A DNA stretch of 64,000 nt from Burkholderiaceae bacterium (GCA_019745005.1 JAIETO010000001.1:19538-83537), one strand, 5' to 3'; counted from the first letter of the stretch, positions 1 through 10,032 are shown. The notes: generated by a model not told the origin, from the sequence alone. Translations and numbers: made by a program.

Positions 1-960
1 TTTTCACTTGATCAAGCAGATATTCGTTATGTTCGCACTTTAAAGTTGGGTGAAAAAGACCTGACCTTAGGCCTGTCATTGAATAACAATCCAACTTTGA
101 CTGACCCATTCAACACGTTAGGACAGTGGCGCTTTCCCTATACCTCATCAGATTTCAATGCTGGCTTTGGTCCGGCGGAACCGAAAGTTGAAAGTCTTGG
201 GGGCGGCGTAGTTGGTGTTAATTTTTATACCTTCTACGATGACAGCCTTTATGCAGAAATCGGTTTCTATAATAATTTGTCGAAGAAGACCTTGAACTTC
301 TTGAATACGGAAGACCCAGGGCAAATCAAAGGCGTCAGCACCTATGGTCGGCTGGCTTACTTTAAAGACAGTAAGCGTGATAATTTTTCCGTGGGCGTGT
401 TTGGATTCGCTTCTAGCATCCAAGAACGCGGTGCTTTCGGACCTGCGGACAAATACCGTGACCTCGGCGTCGATGCCTCGTACCAATACCTCGGTAACCG
501 CAAAAACATTTTTACCGCGAACACCAGTTATGTGCGCGAATGGCAACGCCTAAATCATACTTTGGCGGATGCAGAAAATGTACGCAATACCTTCAATCAA
601 TTTCGTGCCGCTGGCTCCTACCATTACGATCAAACTTGGGGTGCAACTGTGGGTGTTTTCGATTTGCGCGGTAAGCGAAACGCCGATCTGTACAGCACAG
701 TCGACGAAACAACCGGTTTAGTTACCAATGGGTCGATTGGTGGGCGGCCGAACACAAGAGGCTACATTCTTCAGGCAGACTGGACGCCTTGGGGTCAAGA
801 AAGCTCGTGGGGTGGTGGTTGGGCCAATGTTCGCTTCGGCCTTCAGTTCACAGGGTATACGCGCTTTTCAGGCGGTTCATCGTACTTCGATAATGATGGC
901 AATTTACGGCGCGCTAGAAGCAATAACACGACTTCTGTCTTCGTTTGGACAGCCTTGTAA
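1..960 (+). CDS. C-terminal part of an outer-membrane beta-barrel of the cytochrome c-porin (Cyc2-like) family; 5' end lies outside the window
   Basis: The frame is open from base 1 (FSLDQADIRY...LSLNNNPTLTDPFNT). It has alternating beta-strands and the motifs DLGVDASYQY and NVRFGLQFTGYTRF, and is followed by a cytochrome c gene. Confidence 0.6.
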   Translation, partial: FSLDQADIRYVRTLKLGEKDLTLGLSLNNNPTLTDPFNTLGQWRFPYTSSDFNAGFGPAEPKVESLGGGVVGVNFYTFYDDSLYAEIGFYNNLSKKTLNFLNTEDPGQIKGVSTYGRLAYFKDSKRDNFSVGVFGFASSIQERGAFGPADKYRDLGVDASYQYLGNRKNIFTANTSYVREWQRLNHTLADAENVRNTFNQFRAAGSYHYDQTWGATVGVFDLRGKRNADLYSTVDETTGLVTNGSIGGRPNTRGYILQADWTPWGQESSWGGGWANVRFGLQFTGYTRFSGGSSYFDNDGNLRRARSNNTTSVFVWTAL

Positions 961-976
961 GTTTTAGGAAATCAAC

Positions 977-1357
977 ATGAAAAAACGAATACTCATGCTT
1001 CCGTTTTGCCTGCTTGCGATGCTACTTCCGCTTCAATCGGGCGCTGCCGGCGACGCTAAAAAAGGCGCGGATACCTTCGCCGAGGAATGCGGCGATTGCC
1101 ATAGCATCGTTTCAGGAAAAAACAAAAAAGGGCCAACACTCCATGGCATCTTTGGACGTAAAGCGGCAACCGTGGGGGAGTTTGCAGGTTATTCCGACAC
1201 AATGAAACAGAGCGGGATCGTTTGGGATGCTGAAAAAATTGACGCTTACATCACAAAGCCGAAAAAAGTTATCCCCGGAGGAAAAATGAAGTACGAGGGT
1301 TTAGCTGATGCGGGTGCACGGGCAGATATTATTGCTTATCTAACGTCTGTCAAATAA
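977..1357 (+). CDS. Class I cytochrome c (c2-like), periplasmic
   Basis: Signal peptide, CGDCH heme motif, GPTLHGIFGR, and distal Met in PGGKMKY. Confidence 0.93.
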   Translation: MKKRILMLPFCLLAMLLPLQSGAAGDAKKGADTFAEECGDCHSIVSGKNKKGPTLHGIFGRKAATVGEFAGYSDTMKQSGIVWDAEKIDAYITKPKKVIPGGKMKYEGLADAGARADIIAYLTSVK

Positions 1358-1379
1358 TTCACTCGCGGCTCATTTCTGA

Positions 1380-1418
1380 GAAAAAGCCCCATGTTGACGC
1401 GTTCACATGGGACTTTTC
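1380..1418. terminator. Hairpin between convergent genes
   Basis: Imperfect inverted repeat GAAAAAGCCCCATGT / ACATGGGACTTTTC. Confidence 0.5.
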
Positions 1419-1477
1419 ATTGCTCTACCTGAGCGAAAAATAAGGTTTTTAACAAAAATATAGTTTCAAATCTATCA

Positions 1478-1948
1478 TTAATTTACTTTTGTCGTCTTTT
1501 CCACGGTAGGCCAATTTGCTTCAGCTTTATTGATATAGCCCTGTGTATCTAAGCTCCAACGCACACGAACCACACTGTTGTAGTTTAAGTAAAGTTTTCC
1601 ATCCACTATGGAAAATGCATCAGGATCGGTTTTCGCCTTGTAACCAGCAGCCGCTCCATATGCGCAGAAACCGTTGAATTGCGGTGCAAATGCGGCTGGA
1701 TTCGCGGCAAATTTATCCCGATTTGCTGCAGTGGAAAACAAGAAGGTCGACCCTTTGTATTCAGCGCTGAATTCTTTCTTTCCTTCTACCGGTTTTTTAT
1801 CAGTGAAGTAGGCGACCGCATCGTAGCCTTCGATGGCGACGCCATTCTTCTCAAAAAAATCGCCCGCAAACGCAGTCGAGGCTGCGAAGAGGCTAGAAGA
1901 AAGCACGAGTAGCAAAGTCGCAAATTTGTATATTTTATTAAGAATCAT
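1478..1948 (-). CDS. Secreted YHS-domain protein (paralog 1)
   Basis: Motifs AIEGYDAVAYF, APQFNGFCAYG and IVDGKLYLNY, plus a signal peptide. Start placed at MILNK; 1960 is an alternative. Confidence 0.85.
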   Translation of the reverse strand: MILNKIYKFATLLLVLSSSLFAASTAFAGDFFEKNGVAIEGYDAVAYFTDKKPVEGKKEFSAEYKGSTFLFSTAANRDKFAANPAAFAPQFNGFCAYGAAAGYKAKTDPDAFSIVDGKLYLNYNSVVRVRWSLDTQGYINKAEANWPTVEKTTKVN

Positions 1949-2141
1949 AACTTTAAACATTGAATATGCGTAATATCTCGCTGAAAGTGAGACCGAACGC
2001 AATGTTTTCACTGCGTACTTTCTTAGAAATTACTGTGTTGGAAAAATTGTAAGAGGGCGACCTTAAAAATCTGTCGTAGAACCTGAAAGTTTTCTTACAA
2101 AATTATGTTTGAGGTCGCTCGCAGACTTCAAGCTGAAGCAC

Positions 2142-3821
2142 TTAAATCAAATCTGGTGCGACGGGAGCATGGTTTGGATTTGGCTTGCTAAAAATGGTCC
2201 AGCGGTTTTTACCCGCTTGCTTCGATTGGTACATGGCAGTATCCGCGCAAGCGAGCAAGGTATCGGTTGTGGCGGCGTCATGGGGGTAGGTCGCAATGCC
2301 AATACTGCAACCAACGCGCAATTTTTCACCTAACACAGGAAAATACAGTTCAGAAATCGCCGGCACCAAACGCGTGGCGATAATGCTTGCCTCTTCCGAA
2401 TTAATGTTGGGGCAAATAATGGCAAATTCGTCACCGCCGAGACGTGCGATGCATTCGTGTTGCCGCATTTGTTCTGTCAGTGTTTTTGCTACAGCAACCA
2501 ACACTTCATCGCCGACACGGTGTCCGCCTAAATCGTTTGCCGTTTTGAAATTATCAAGGTCAATAAACATCAGCGCAATATTGGTCGAATCCTGAAACGC
2601 TTTGAGCATCGACGAATTCAAGCTTTCATAAAAACCTCGGCGATTAAGCAACTGGGTCAACGGATCACGTAAAGCTTGATAGGCACGAAGTTGGGTTTGT
2701 CGCGCTTGCGTGATGTCTTCATGGAACCAAATCGTATCGATATTGTTTGTATTATTTTTCGTGTCCGTCACGATTTGCATTTTCTGTGCGATGAGCCGAC
2801 CATCGTTTAAATGAATCTCCGCGTCGCCAACACTTTCGTCTATGTGAAATTGCAGCATCAAGTTCAGCACAGCCACATCGTTCTCATCAACTTGCGCTTG
2901 CATGTGCGGCAAAATCATCCGTAAGTGTTCACCGATGGGTGATTCACTTAATGTCCAAATCTTTAAAAACGCAGGGTTGGCATAAATCACGCAACAATTT
3001 TTATCAACAAACAAAATGCCGTAATGCATGGCGCCGAGCAAAGTCGCGAGTCGGGCTTTCTCGGTATTGGTTGCTTCTAGGTGTAAGCGTTGCTGTTGCT
3101 CACTATGTTCAAGCGCAACTAAGCGTTGCTTTAGGGCGCCGGCCATGTCGTTAAAGCTCCCACCTAACTGCCCTATTTCATCTTTGGAATGAATATGAAC
3201 AACGGTATCTAATTCGCCTTCGGCGAAGCGCTTAGTTGCGTTTGTAAGCTTCGTCAGATCGCGCGTCACAAAAAAAGCGAAGGCTGACATGACAAAGGCG
3301 GAAAGCAGCAAAGTTCCCAGCGCCGCACTCAAACTACGTTGTAAAAACTGTGCGCGGGCTTGGCGTAATCCAATGGTAGACAAACCAAAATCAACGCGAC
3401 CCAACATTTGGCCCGCAATAATGATGGGAGCCGATAAATGTAAGGTGGTATCGGTTCTATCCAGATCAATATCGCCAAGGTCACGTGCTGGTAAAGGCAC
3501 CGTTGGACTCCAACCCGAGGCCACCGCTAGCTTGCCACGGTGATCCCATAGCACCAGATACACGATAGCATCATCGCTTCGAACCTGGTTTAGAGTTTCT
3601 TGCAAAGTCGCATAGTCCCGTTGTGACAATGGCACAGCAATGGATTGATCCAATAACGCCGTAATTTGCGCCGTTTGGTAGGCGGCTTGCTCGGTTAATG
3701 TCGTGCGCAACAGGCGCATGCTGCCAAGCAGCAAGAGGCAAGCCGCTAACAGCTCGACTGCGACACAAATTACAACCAGCTTAGTGCACAGCGACAAACG
3801 ACTCCACGCGATTATTCTCAT
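2142..3821 (-). CDS. Membrane diguanylate cyclase (TM-HAMP-PAS-GGDEF)
   Basis: Two TM segments, HAMP (DEIGQLGGSFNDM), DPLTQLLNRR, FIDLDNFK and intact RLGGDEF. Confidence 0.93.
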   Translation of the reverse strand: MRIIAWSRLSLCTKLVVICVAVELLAACLLLLGSMRLLRTTLTEQAAYQTAQITALLDQSIAVPLSQRDYATLQETLNQVRSDDAIVYLVLWDHRGKLAVASGWSPTVPLPARDLGDIDLDRTDTTLHLSAPIIIAGQMLGRVDFGLSTIGLRQARAQFLQRSLSAALGTLLLSAFVMSAFAFFVTRDLTKLTNATKRFAEGELDTVVHIHSKDEIGQLGGSFNDMAGALKQRLVALEHSEQQQRLHLEATNTEKARLATLLGAMHYGILFVDKNCCVIYANPAFLKIWTLSESPIGEHLRMILPHMQAQVDENDVAVLNLMLQFHIDESVGDAEIHLNDGRLIAQKMQIVTDTKNNTNNIDTIWFHEDITQARQTQLRAYQALRDPLTQLLNRRGFYESLNSSMLKAFQDSTNIALMFIDLDNFKTANDLGGHRVGDEVLVAVAKTLTEQMRQHECIARLGGDEFAIICPNINSEEASIIATRLVPAISELYFPVLGEKLRVGCSIGIATYPHDAATTDTLLACADTAMYQSKQAGKNRWTIFSKPNPNHAPVAPDLI

Positions 3822-4675
3822 CCAGGCTGAGCAAAAAGTTTTCGTGTTGCAGCGACAAAAGGATCAATTGACTCCAAAAATCCGGCAGGTATTTCGCGAA
3901 TATTACTAAAACCAGAGCTTGCGAAAAACGCTTTGCCTTCCTCAGAATTGGTCGCAAATTGGAGCAATTGGGCTTTTACCGCTTGCGCGTCGGCCGCGGC
4001 AAATTTAGGATTTGCCAAAACAATAAAACCGGGCACCTCCGCAACGGTGGCAAAAATCTGCATTTGCGCTTTGATGGCCTCAGGAATTGCTTTGAATTCG
4101 CCCCCGCTCAATAAAGCCGCAATTGCATCGCCGCGCACCACGACATTGCCCACACTGTCATCAGTTGGCGTGTCTATGGTCTTGAAGTGTTTTCCTTTTT
4201 GTAGGCCTTTTTCTTCTAGCCATTGCAAGCTGCGCAAAGCAACAATAGATTTGGGATTCGACAGCACCAGCGTTTGTCCATTCAAGTCACGAATGTCCTT
4301 CAGCGGTCGTTCTTTAGCACAAGCGATTAAGCCTTTGTTATTAGGTTCATAGCAAAGCAATGGCACATAGCCAAAATCAAGCTGCGCTACCCGTGCCAAA
4401 TTTGATGCCGTAATGACGACATCGTATTCAAGTGCCGCGGTGCGTTGAAAAAAAACGTCCCAATTTGCGGCAGTAGAAATTTGTATTTGCCGCCCTAGTT
4501 TACGCATCAAAAAATCGCGCATAGGCTGATATTGAGCGAGCAAAATACGGGAGCTAATGTTGGGTAGAAGCCCGATTTCAATCGCGCTGTTGTTGGCAGC
4601 GCGACTAGAAAAAGGCAGACCAATAGAGGAAATTGAGGCTAACAATAATGCTCGACGTTTGTTTTTATTAGTCAT
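3818..4675 (-). CDS. PhnD-like periplasmic substrate-binding protein
   Basis: RR-containing signal, IGLLP...YQPMRDFL...LGR and DIRDLNGQ; 4-nt overlap with the cyclase gene. Confidence 0.8.
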   Translation of the reverse strand: MTNKNKRRALLLASISSIGLPFSSRAANNSAIEIGLLPNISSRILLAQYQPMRDFLMRKLGRQIQISTAANWDVFFQRTAALEYDVVITASNLARVAQLDFGYVPLLCYEPNNKGLIACAKERPLKDIRDLNGQTLVLSNPKSIVALRSLQWLEEKGLQKGKHFKTIDTPTDDSVGNVVVRGDAIAALLSGGEFKAIPEAIKAQMQIFATVAEVPGFIVLANPKFAAADAQAVKAQLLQFATNSEEGKAFFASSGFSNIREIPAGFLESIDPFVAATRKLFAQPG

Positions 4676-4910
4676 TTTTTGTCCTTTTAGGTAAACAAAA
4701 CCTGTACTTAGGAGAATATTGTCGTCAAAAATTGCGTTGCAACAATCATACCGTCAAGCATCGCATAATTCTAACGAGTTTAGCGACCAAACGCATGTTT
4801 GACGCGCTTTGCGCGCTGAATCGTTGGATTATGCGTCTAATTTACGCATCCTTAATTGATTTGCTACCGCTCTGCTTCGTTTTTGATGGGATTTCGACTA
4901 CACTTATTGT

Positions 4911-5345
4911 ATGCGCAAGAATTACTTTTTACGACGAATCACCGCCTTCATCGCAATTTTCGCTATGCTGGTTTCCGCTTTTACGCCGGCGGTGTCCAAT
5001 GCATTTATTGGCAACGCAAAAAGTAATGCCCCGTGGGCAGAGATTTGTACGAGCGCCAGTATCAAGTTGATCAACTTGAATGGCGCAGCGTCAGACTACG
5101 CAAAAGACGCAACGAAAGCGCTTGGCACTGGGAAAATAGTGAAATCGACGAGCAAAAATATGCATGTCGAGCATTGCCCATTTTGCTGCACACACCCTGC
5201 TTCCTTTGTTTTACCTTCAACGGCGCAATTGACCGTACCGGTCATCCCGTTTGAGCAGTCTTTCCCCAACCTCTACTACACCTCACCTGCCCCACTCTTT
5301 GTTTGGGCCACCGCGCAATCACGCGCCCCGCCTAGCTTGGCATAG
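4911..5345 (+). CDS. DUF2946 family protein (CruR-like leader)
   Basis: N-terminal TM, EICT, HCPFC and C-terminal RAPP; directly upstream of a TonB receptor gene. Confidence 0.88.
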   Translation: MRKNYFLRRITAFIAIFAMLVSAFTPAVSNAFIGNAKSNAPWAEICTSASIKLINLNGAASDYAKDATKALGTGKIVKSTSKNMHVEHCPFCCTHPASFVLPSTAQLTVPVIPFEQSFPNLYYTSPAPLFVWATAQSRAPPSLA

Positions 5346-5553
5346 GGATGATGTCGTCGCATTTCGGCGACGATTTCTCCGCACCTCTGTCGCTGCGCCA
5401 TTACGCTTGATTTAATCCAGGCCTTATCGCGTCGTTTTTTGCGCTCACTTTTTCGCATTTTTTATTTATTTACGTCTTGCTTTTCGTTGAAGCAATCGCG
5501 CGGTTTTCGCGTGTTTTGTTGCGGCGTAAGCATTATTTTGATCAAGATTACCA

Positions 5554-7971
5554 ATGCAAACTCACTCATTAACGAAAAATCGCCTTCACCTCGCTGTGTT
5601 AACTGTTTTAACGCAGATGTCTGCCACTACTTTCGCTGCGTCGCTTGAGCCAGATAGCGCGAATCGCGCTGACGACGGAGCGACAGCCGTCACTATTCAG
5701 AAAGTGATCGTCAAAAGCAAACAATCCAACTTACCAAGCAATTTACCCAACACGATAGAAAGCATCGACGCCAAACAAATTGCCGAAAACATCAATGCCA
5801 TTACATCAGCCGAAACATTGAATTATTTACCTAGCGCGCACGTCAGGGAACGTTATATAGGCGACCGCAATGGCATCTTGGTTTTGCGCGTGAATAGCTC
5901 GATTTCTAGCGCCCAAACGGCGGTGTATGCGGATAATTTATTACTCTCAAATTATCTCAACAACAGCTTTAGCACAGCGCCGCGTTGGGGTTTAGTGTCA
6001 CCGGAAGAAATCGAACGTGTTGACGTGTTGTACGGCCCATTTTCTGCGCTTTATCCGGGTAATTCGGCTGGCGGCGTGGTACTAATCTCGACACACATGC
6101 CAGAAAAATTTGAAGCGCATGGCAAGTTTGATTTGTTTGGTCAACGCTTTCGCCAATACGGCACCGATAACACCTTCAATGGCGGGCATGCTGCTTTATC
6201 CATTGGCGACAAAGTCGGCGCGTGGTCGTATTTACTTTCCGTCGATAAATTAGATAACAATGGTCAACCGCAAACTTTTGGTGCTGCCACACGAGCCACA
6301 GTCACTGGCACACCCGCATTTACCAATGTCAGCGGCGAGCTGCGCGATATTGATACCAATGGCAACCCCCGCATCATCACCAGCAGCATAGGCGCTGATC
6401 ACGTGAATCAAACGCAAGGCAAAATCAAACTTGCCTACGAAATTTCGCCAACTTTGCGCGCCAGCTACACACTAGGCTGGTGGGAAAACAGTTCGACCAC
6501 CTCAGTGGCGAATTATCTGCAAGACGCGCAAGGCCGCCCCGTCTATAACACCACCAGTTCTGGCGCGAGTCGTTACGTTAAGTTCGCCGGTGATGCCGCG
6601 TATTACACCTTAGCGGGAACAGCCCCTGGCGCTGCCGAGAGCGAACATTTTTTACATGGATTTTCACTTAAATCCAACTCCCGCGATGCTTTCAATTGGG
6701 AGGCAATTGGCAGTATTTACAATCAAAACAAAGACTTATCCCGCACCGCCAGCAACACGAGCAGCCTCTATGATTCTGGAACTAGCTTGCCACGTCCAAG
6801 TGGCAATTTGACGAATGCGGATGGCACGGGTTGGGCGACGATTGATCTACGTGGCGATCTGCGCCTGCCCGGTTCAAACTCCATCGCTGACAAGTCCAAC
6901 CATAAGCTTAGTTTTGGCGCGCATATCGATCGCTACACGCTGAAATCTGCCACATATGCTGTACCTAGCGACTGGCTAAACGGCACACCAAGCGCAAACG
7001 CGAGTTCTAATTCCTACGGAAAAACGCAAACCTCGGCGTTGTATGTGCAAGATGCGTGGCAGTTTGATCCCGCTTGGTTACTCGTTGCAGGTGGCCGCTT
7101 CGAACATTGGAAGGCGTTTGACGGCAGCAACTTTAATGCCTCGAATGTGCCCGCCTACCGCCAATTAAACTACGCAAATCGAAGCAGTTCTGATTTCTCA
7201 CCAAAAATTTCGCTGGCGTTCCAAGCCGATAAAGATTGGAATTTACGCGCCGCGTTTGGCACAGGCGTGCGTTACCCCACGGTAGCTGAAATTTTCCAAA
7301 CCATAAACTTGCCAAACAACGTCAAGCAAAACGATCCAAATCTCGCACCAGAAAAAGTCCATTCAACAGAATTTGTGGCGGAACGCTTGTTACCTCAAGG
7401 CCTTGCCCGCGTTTCATTGTTTTGGGAAGACAAGCGTGATGCCTTGATTTCTCAAACTGACACCACCGTCATTCCCACCATTTCCAGCATCCAAAACGTC
7501 GATAAGCTGCGTACTTATGGCGTGGAAGCAGTGCTGAATTTACGCGATATCCTCCTCACGGGGCTTGATCTCAATGGCAGCGTCACTTATACCGATTCCA
7601 CCATTCTCGCTAATCGTCGCAACCCCGGTTTGGTCGGCACAGACCAGCCGCGCATTCCCGATTGGCGCGCCACATTGGTGGCAAGCTATCATGTGAACGA
7701 CAAACTCAGTGCCAGTGTGAGTTATCGTTACAGTGGGCGACAGCACAATGCTTTATTTAATACAGTTGCAGGGCGCTACAATGATGTGAATCCGAATGTG
7801 TACGGCGCAGTCAGTCATTACAGCGTGGTGGATGCAAAAATCTTGTATCGCTTGTCAGCGCATTGGGCGGCAGCAGTCGGTGTGAATAATATTGGCGCGT
7901 TTAAATACTATGTGAACCCCAATCCTTACCCACAGCGCACTTATTTTGCGAGTCTGCGTTTTGATTATTGA
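5554..7971 (+). CDS. TonB-dependent receptor
   Basis: Signal peptide, plug motif IERVDVLYGPFSALY, NDPNLAPEK, and C-terminal LRFDY. Confidence 0.95.
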   Translation: MQTHSLTKNRLHLAVLTVLTQMSATTFAASLEPDSANRADDGATAVTIQKVIVKSKQSNLPSNLPNTIESIDAKQIAENINAITSAETLNYLPSAHVRERYIGDRNGILVLRVNSSISSAQTAVYADNLLLSNYLNNSFSTAPRWGLVSPEEIERVDVLYGPFSALYPGNSAGGVVLISTHMPEKFEAHGKFDLFGQRFRQYGTDNTFNGGHAALSIGDKVGAWSYLLSVDKLDNNGQPQTFGAATRATVTGTPAFTNVSGELRDIDTNGNPRIITSSIGADHVNQTQGKIKLAYEISPTLRASYTLGWWENSSTTSVANYLQDAQGRPVYNTTSSGASRYVKFAGDAAYYTLAGTAPGAAESEHFLHGFSLKSNSRDAFNWEAIGSIYNQNKDLSRTASNTSSLYDSGTSLPRPSGNLTNADGTGWATIDLRGDLRLPGSNSIADKSNHKLSFGAHIDRYTLKSATYAVPSDWLNGTPSANASSNSYGKTQTSALYVQDAWQFDPAWLLVAGGRFEHWKAFDGSNFNASNVPAYRQLNYANRSSSDFSPKISLAFQADKDWNLRAAFGTGVRYPTVAEIFQTINLPNNVKQNDPNLAPEKVHSTEFVAERLLPQGLARVSLFWEDKRDALISQTDTTVIPTISSIQNVDKLRTYGVEAVLNLRDILLTGLDLNGSVTYTDSTILANRRNPGLVGTDQPRIPDWRATLVASYHVNDKLSASVSYRYSGRQHNALFNTVAGRYNDVNPNVYGAVSHYSVVDAKILYRLSAHWAAAVGVNNIGAFKYYVNPNPYPQRTYFASLRFDY

Positions 7972-7989
7972 TTTGCATACCGAGAAATC

Positions 7990-9276
7990 ATGATAACTCC
8001 CTACTTTAAATTGCCCATAAATTTGCGCATTCAAGCGACAGCGGCGCTGTGTTTAAGCTTGTTTTTTTTAGCCCAGCCAAGTACCGCTTTCGCGCAACAA
8101 CCAACGAAAGCGGAGGGTCCCGCAAAGCCGATGAAAATCGAGCTCGGCACCTCGGCAGCTTTTGATGCGCAAGGGCGGCTTTGGCAAGTGAGTAAAGAAA
8201 CTGATCAAGCAGACGCCACGGGTAAAGCGCAGTACGTGGTGCTGCGATCTTCCACCGATTTAGGCAAAACTTGGTCGGCACCAAAGCGTGTGCAAGCGAT
8301 GCCAGAAGCGATCTCGGCCGACGGTGAAAATCGGCCGAAACTGGCTTTTGGAAATGACGGCGCGATGTTTATCGCTTACACCAAACCTCTGAGCAAGCCG
8401 TATTCAGGTGAGATTCGTTTTCTGCGTTCACTTGATGGCGGACAGCATTTTTCCGCACCGCTTACCGTGCATCACAATCGGGATGAAATTACCCATCGTT
8501 TCGAATCCATGATCGTTGATGGTCAAGGGCGAATTTTTATCACTTGGATCGACAAGCGCGATGTCGAAGCGGCCAAATTACGCAAGGAAAGTTATCGTGG
8601 CGCGGCAATTTATGTAGCAATGTCAGACGATAATGGCGCGAGTTTTCAGCCAGAATGGAAACTTGCTGACTTTACTTGTGAGTGCTGTCGCATTGCTTTG
8701 AGTTTGAATGCAAGCGGCGCACCGGTTGCCATGTGGCGTCACATTTTTGAGCCAAATATCCGTGATCATGCGATTGCAACGCTGTCTCCAAGCAAGCAAG
8801 CCAATCTGATCCAACGCGTCAGTTTTGATGATTGGCGTGTGGATGCCTGCCCGCATCACGGGCCTTCGTTAGCGTTTGGCGCAGATGGTACGCGTTACCA
8901 AACATGGTTCAATGTCAAAGCGGGCGAAGGTAGCATTTTTTATGCGAAAGCCGACGCGGCTGGCAATCTTGCTCCGCCCATTTCTTTGGGTTCAGCGCAA
9001 GCTTCGCACGCTGAAATTATGGTCAAAGGGAGCAAAGTGGCCATAGTATGGAAAGAGTTTGATGGAAAACTGACCAAAATTGCCGCCCGCTTTTCAAACG
9101 ATGCAGGCAAAACTTGGCTGGATAAAAAACTCGCTACCACTACATCCCATTCAGATCAACCTCATTTAATCGCGCATAGCGACAACATTTATCTCGCCTG
9201 GCAAACGCTGGCGGAAGGCATGCGAATTGTTGCCATCGATGCCGCGACCTCTTCCGATGAAGCGGCTAAAAAATGA
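7990..9276 (+). CDS. BNR/Asp-box beta-propeller (sialidase-like) periplasmic protein
   Basis: Asp boxes STDLGKTW, SLDGGQHF, SDDNGASF and SNDAGKTW, plus CECCR and DACPHHGP motifs. Confidence 0.85.
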   Translation: MITPYFKLPINLRIQATAALCLSLFFLAQPSTAFAQQPTKAEGPAKPMKIELGTSAAFDAQGRLWQVSKETDQADATGKAQYVVLRSSTDLGKTWSAPKRVQAMPEAISADGENRPKLAFGNDGAMFIAYTKPLSKPYSGEIRFLRSLDGGQHFSAPLTVHHNRDEITHRFESMIVDGQGRIFITWIDKRDVEAAKLRKESYRGAAIYVAMSDDNGASFQPEWKLADFTCECCRIALSLNASGAPVAMWRHIFEPNIRDHAIATLSPSKQANLIQRVSFDDWRVDACPHHGPSLAFGADGTRYQTWFNVKAGEGSIFYAKADAAGNLAPPISLGSAQASHAEIMVKGSKVAIVWKEFDGKLTKIAARFSNDAGKTWLDKKLATTTSHSDQPHLIAHSDNIYLAWQTLAEGMRIVAIDAATSSDEAAKK

Positions 9277-9827
9277 GCACATTAATGTACTCTCCATTGA
9301 GAAATCGCCTCATGTTGCGCGGTTTGTGCGTGCTTTTATATTTGTTAGTCTCTTTAACAGCCAGTGCAAACACGCACAATGCACAAGTAGCGCCAAAAGC
9401 ATTCGAGCCTGAAAGCCTCAAGGGCATCATCAAAGCCCAACGCGGTCAGCCCTTTGTGTTGGTAGTGTGGTCGCTCGACTGCGAGTACTGCCAAACCAGT
9501 TTGCGCAATTTGGCTGATAAAAAGCGCAAAGTAAAGAAGCTAAGAATCGTCACAGTGAGCACCGATATGTTTGCCGACGAACAGTCGCTTGGTTTGATGC
9601 AAGACAGACTGCAGCAACTCAACTTAGCTGAAAATGCATGGGCTTTTGGTGCAGCGCCACCGGAGCAATTACGGTATTCGATAGATCCGCTTTGGCATGG
9701 CGAAATGCCGCGTAGTTATTGGTTTGATGCGAAAGGCAAGGCGCATGCAGTGTCTGGTGTGCTACTCCCGAAACAGATTGATCAGCTATTGCAAAACCAA
9801 GGTTTTATTTATACTGGTAGCCAGTAA
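9273..9827 (+). CDS. TlpA/thioredoxin-like periplasmic protein
   Basis: WSLDCEYC motif and GEMPRSYW cis-Pro loop; 4-nt overlap with the upstream gene. Confidence 0.82.
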   Translation: MSTLMYSPLRNRLMLRGLCVLLYLLVSLTASANTHNAQVAPKAFEPESLKGIIKAQRGQPFVLVVWSLDCEYCQTSLRNLADKKRKVKKLRIVTVSTDMFADEQSLGLMQDRLQQLNLAENAWAFGAAPPEQLRYSIDPLWHGEMPRSYWFDAKGKAHAVSGVLLPKQIDQLLQNQGFIYTGSQ

Positions 9828-9912
9828 TTTATTGTAAATGCTGATTAGAAAAGCGCAAATTAGGCATTCATTTTATAAATTTGGTGGAGTATTGTTAAAT
9901 TGTTGATACTTC

Positions 9913-10032
9913 GAGACCTTTGTACAAAGTAGCGAGCGGTCGAAGTTTGCGTTGAGAAGCGCACCTGTACGACTGTACAGCGAGCATCGCAAACACAAAA
10001 TTCGGCTGCGCAGTAAGTTGTGCAGAGGTCTC
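9913..10032 (-). mobile_element. MITE family A, copy 1 (120 bp)
   Basis: Terminal inverted repeats GAGACCTTTGTACAA / TTGTGCAGAGGTCTC with 5-bp direct repeat ACTTC on both flanks. Homologous to the copies at 47348 and 55117, in opposite orientation. Confidence 0.88.
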
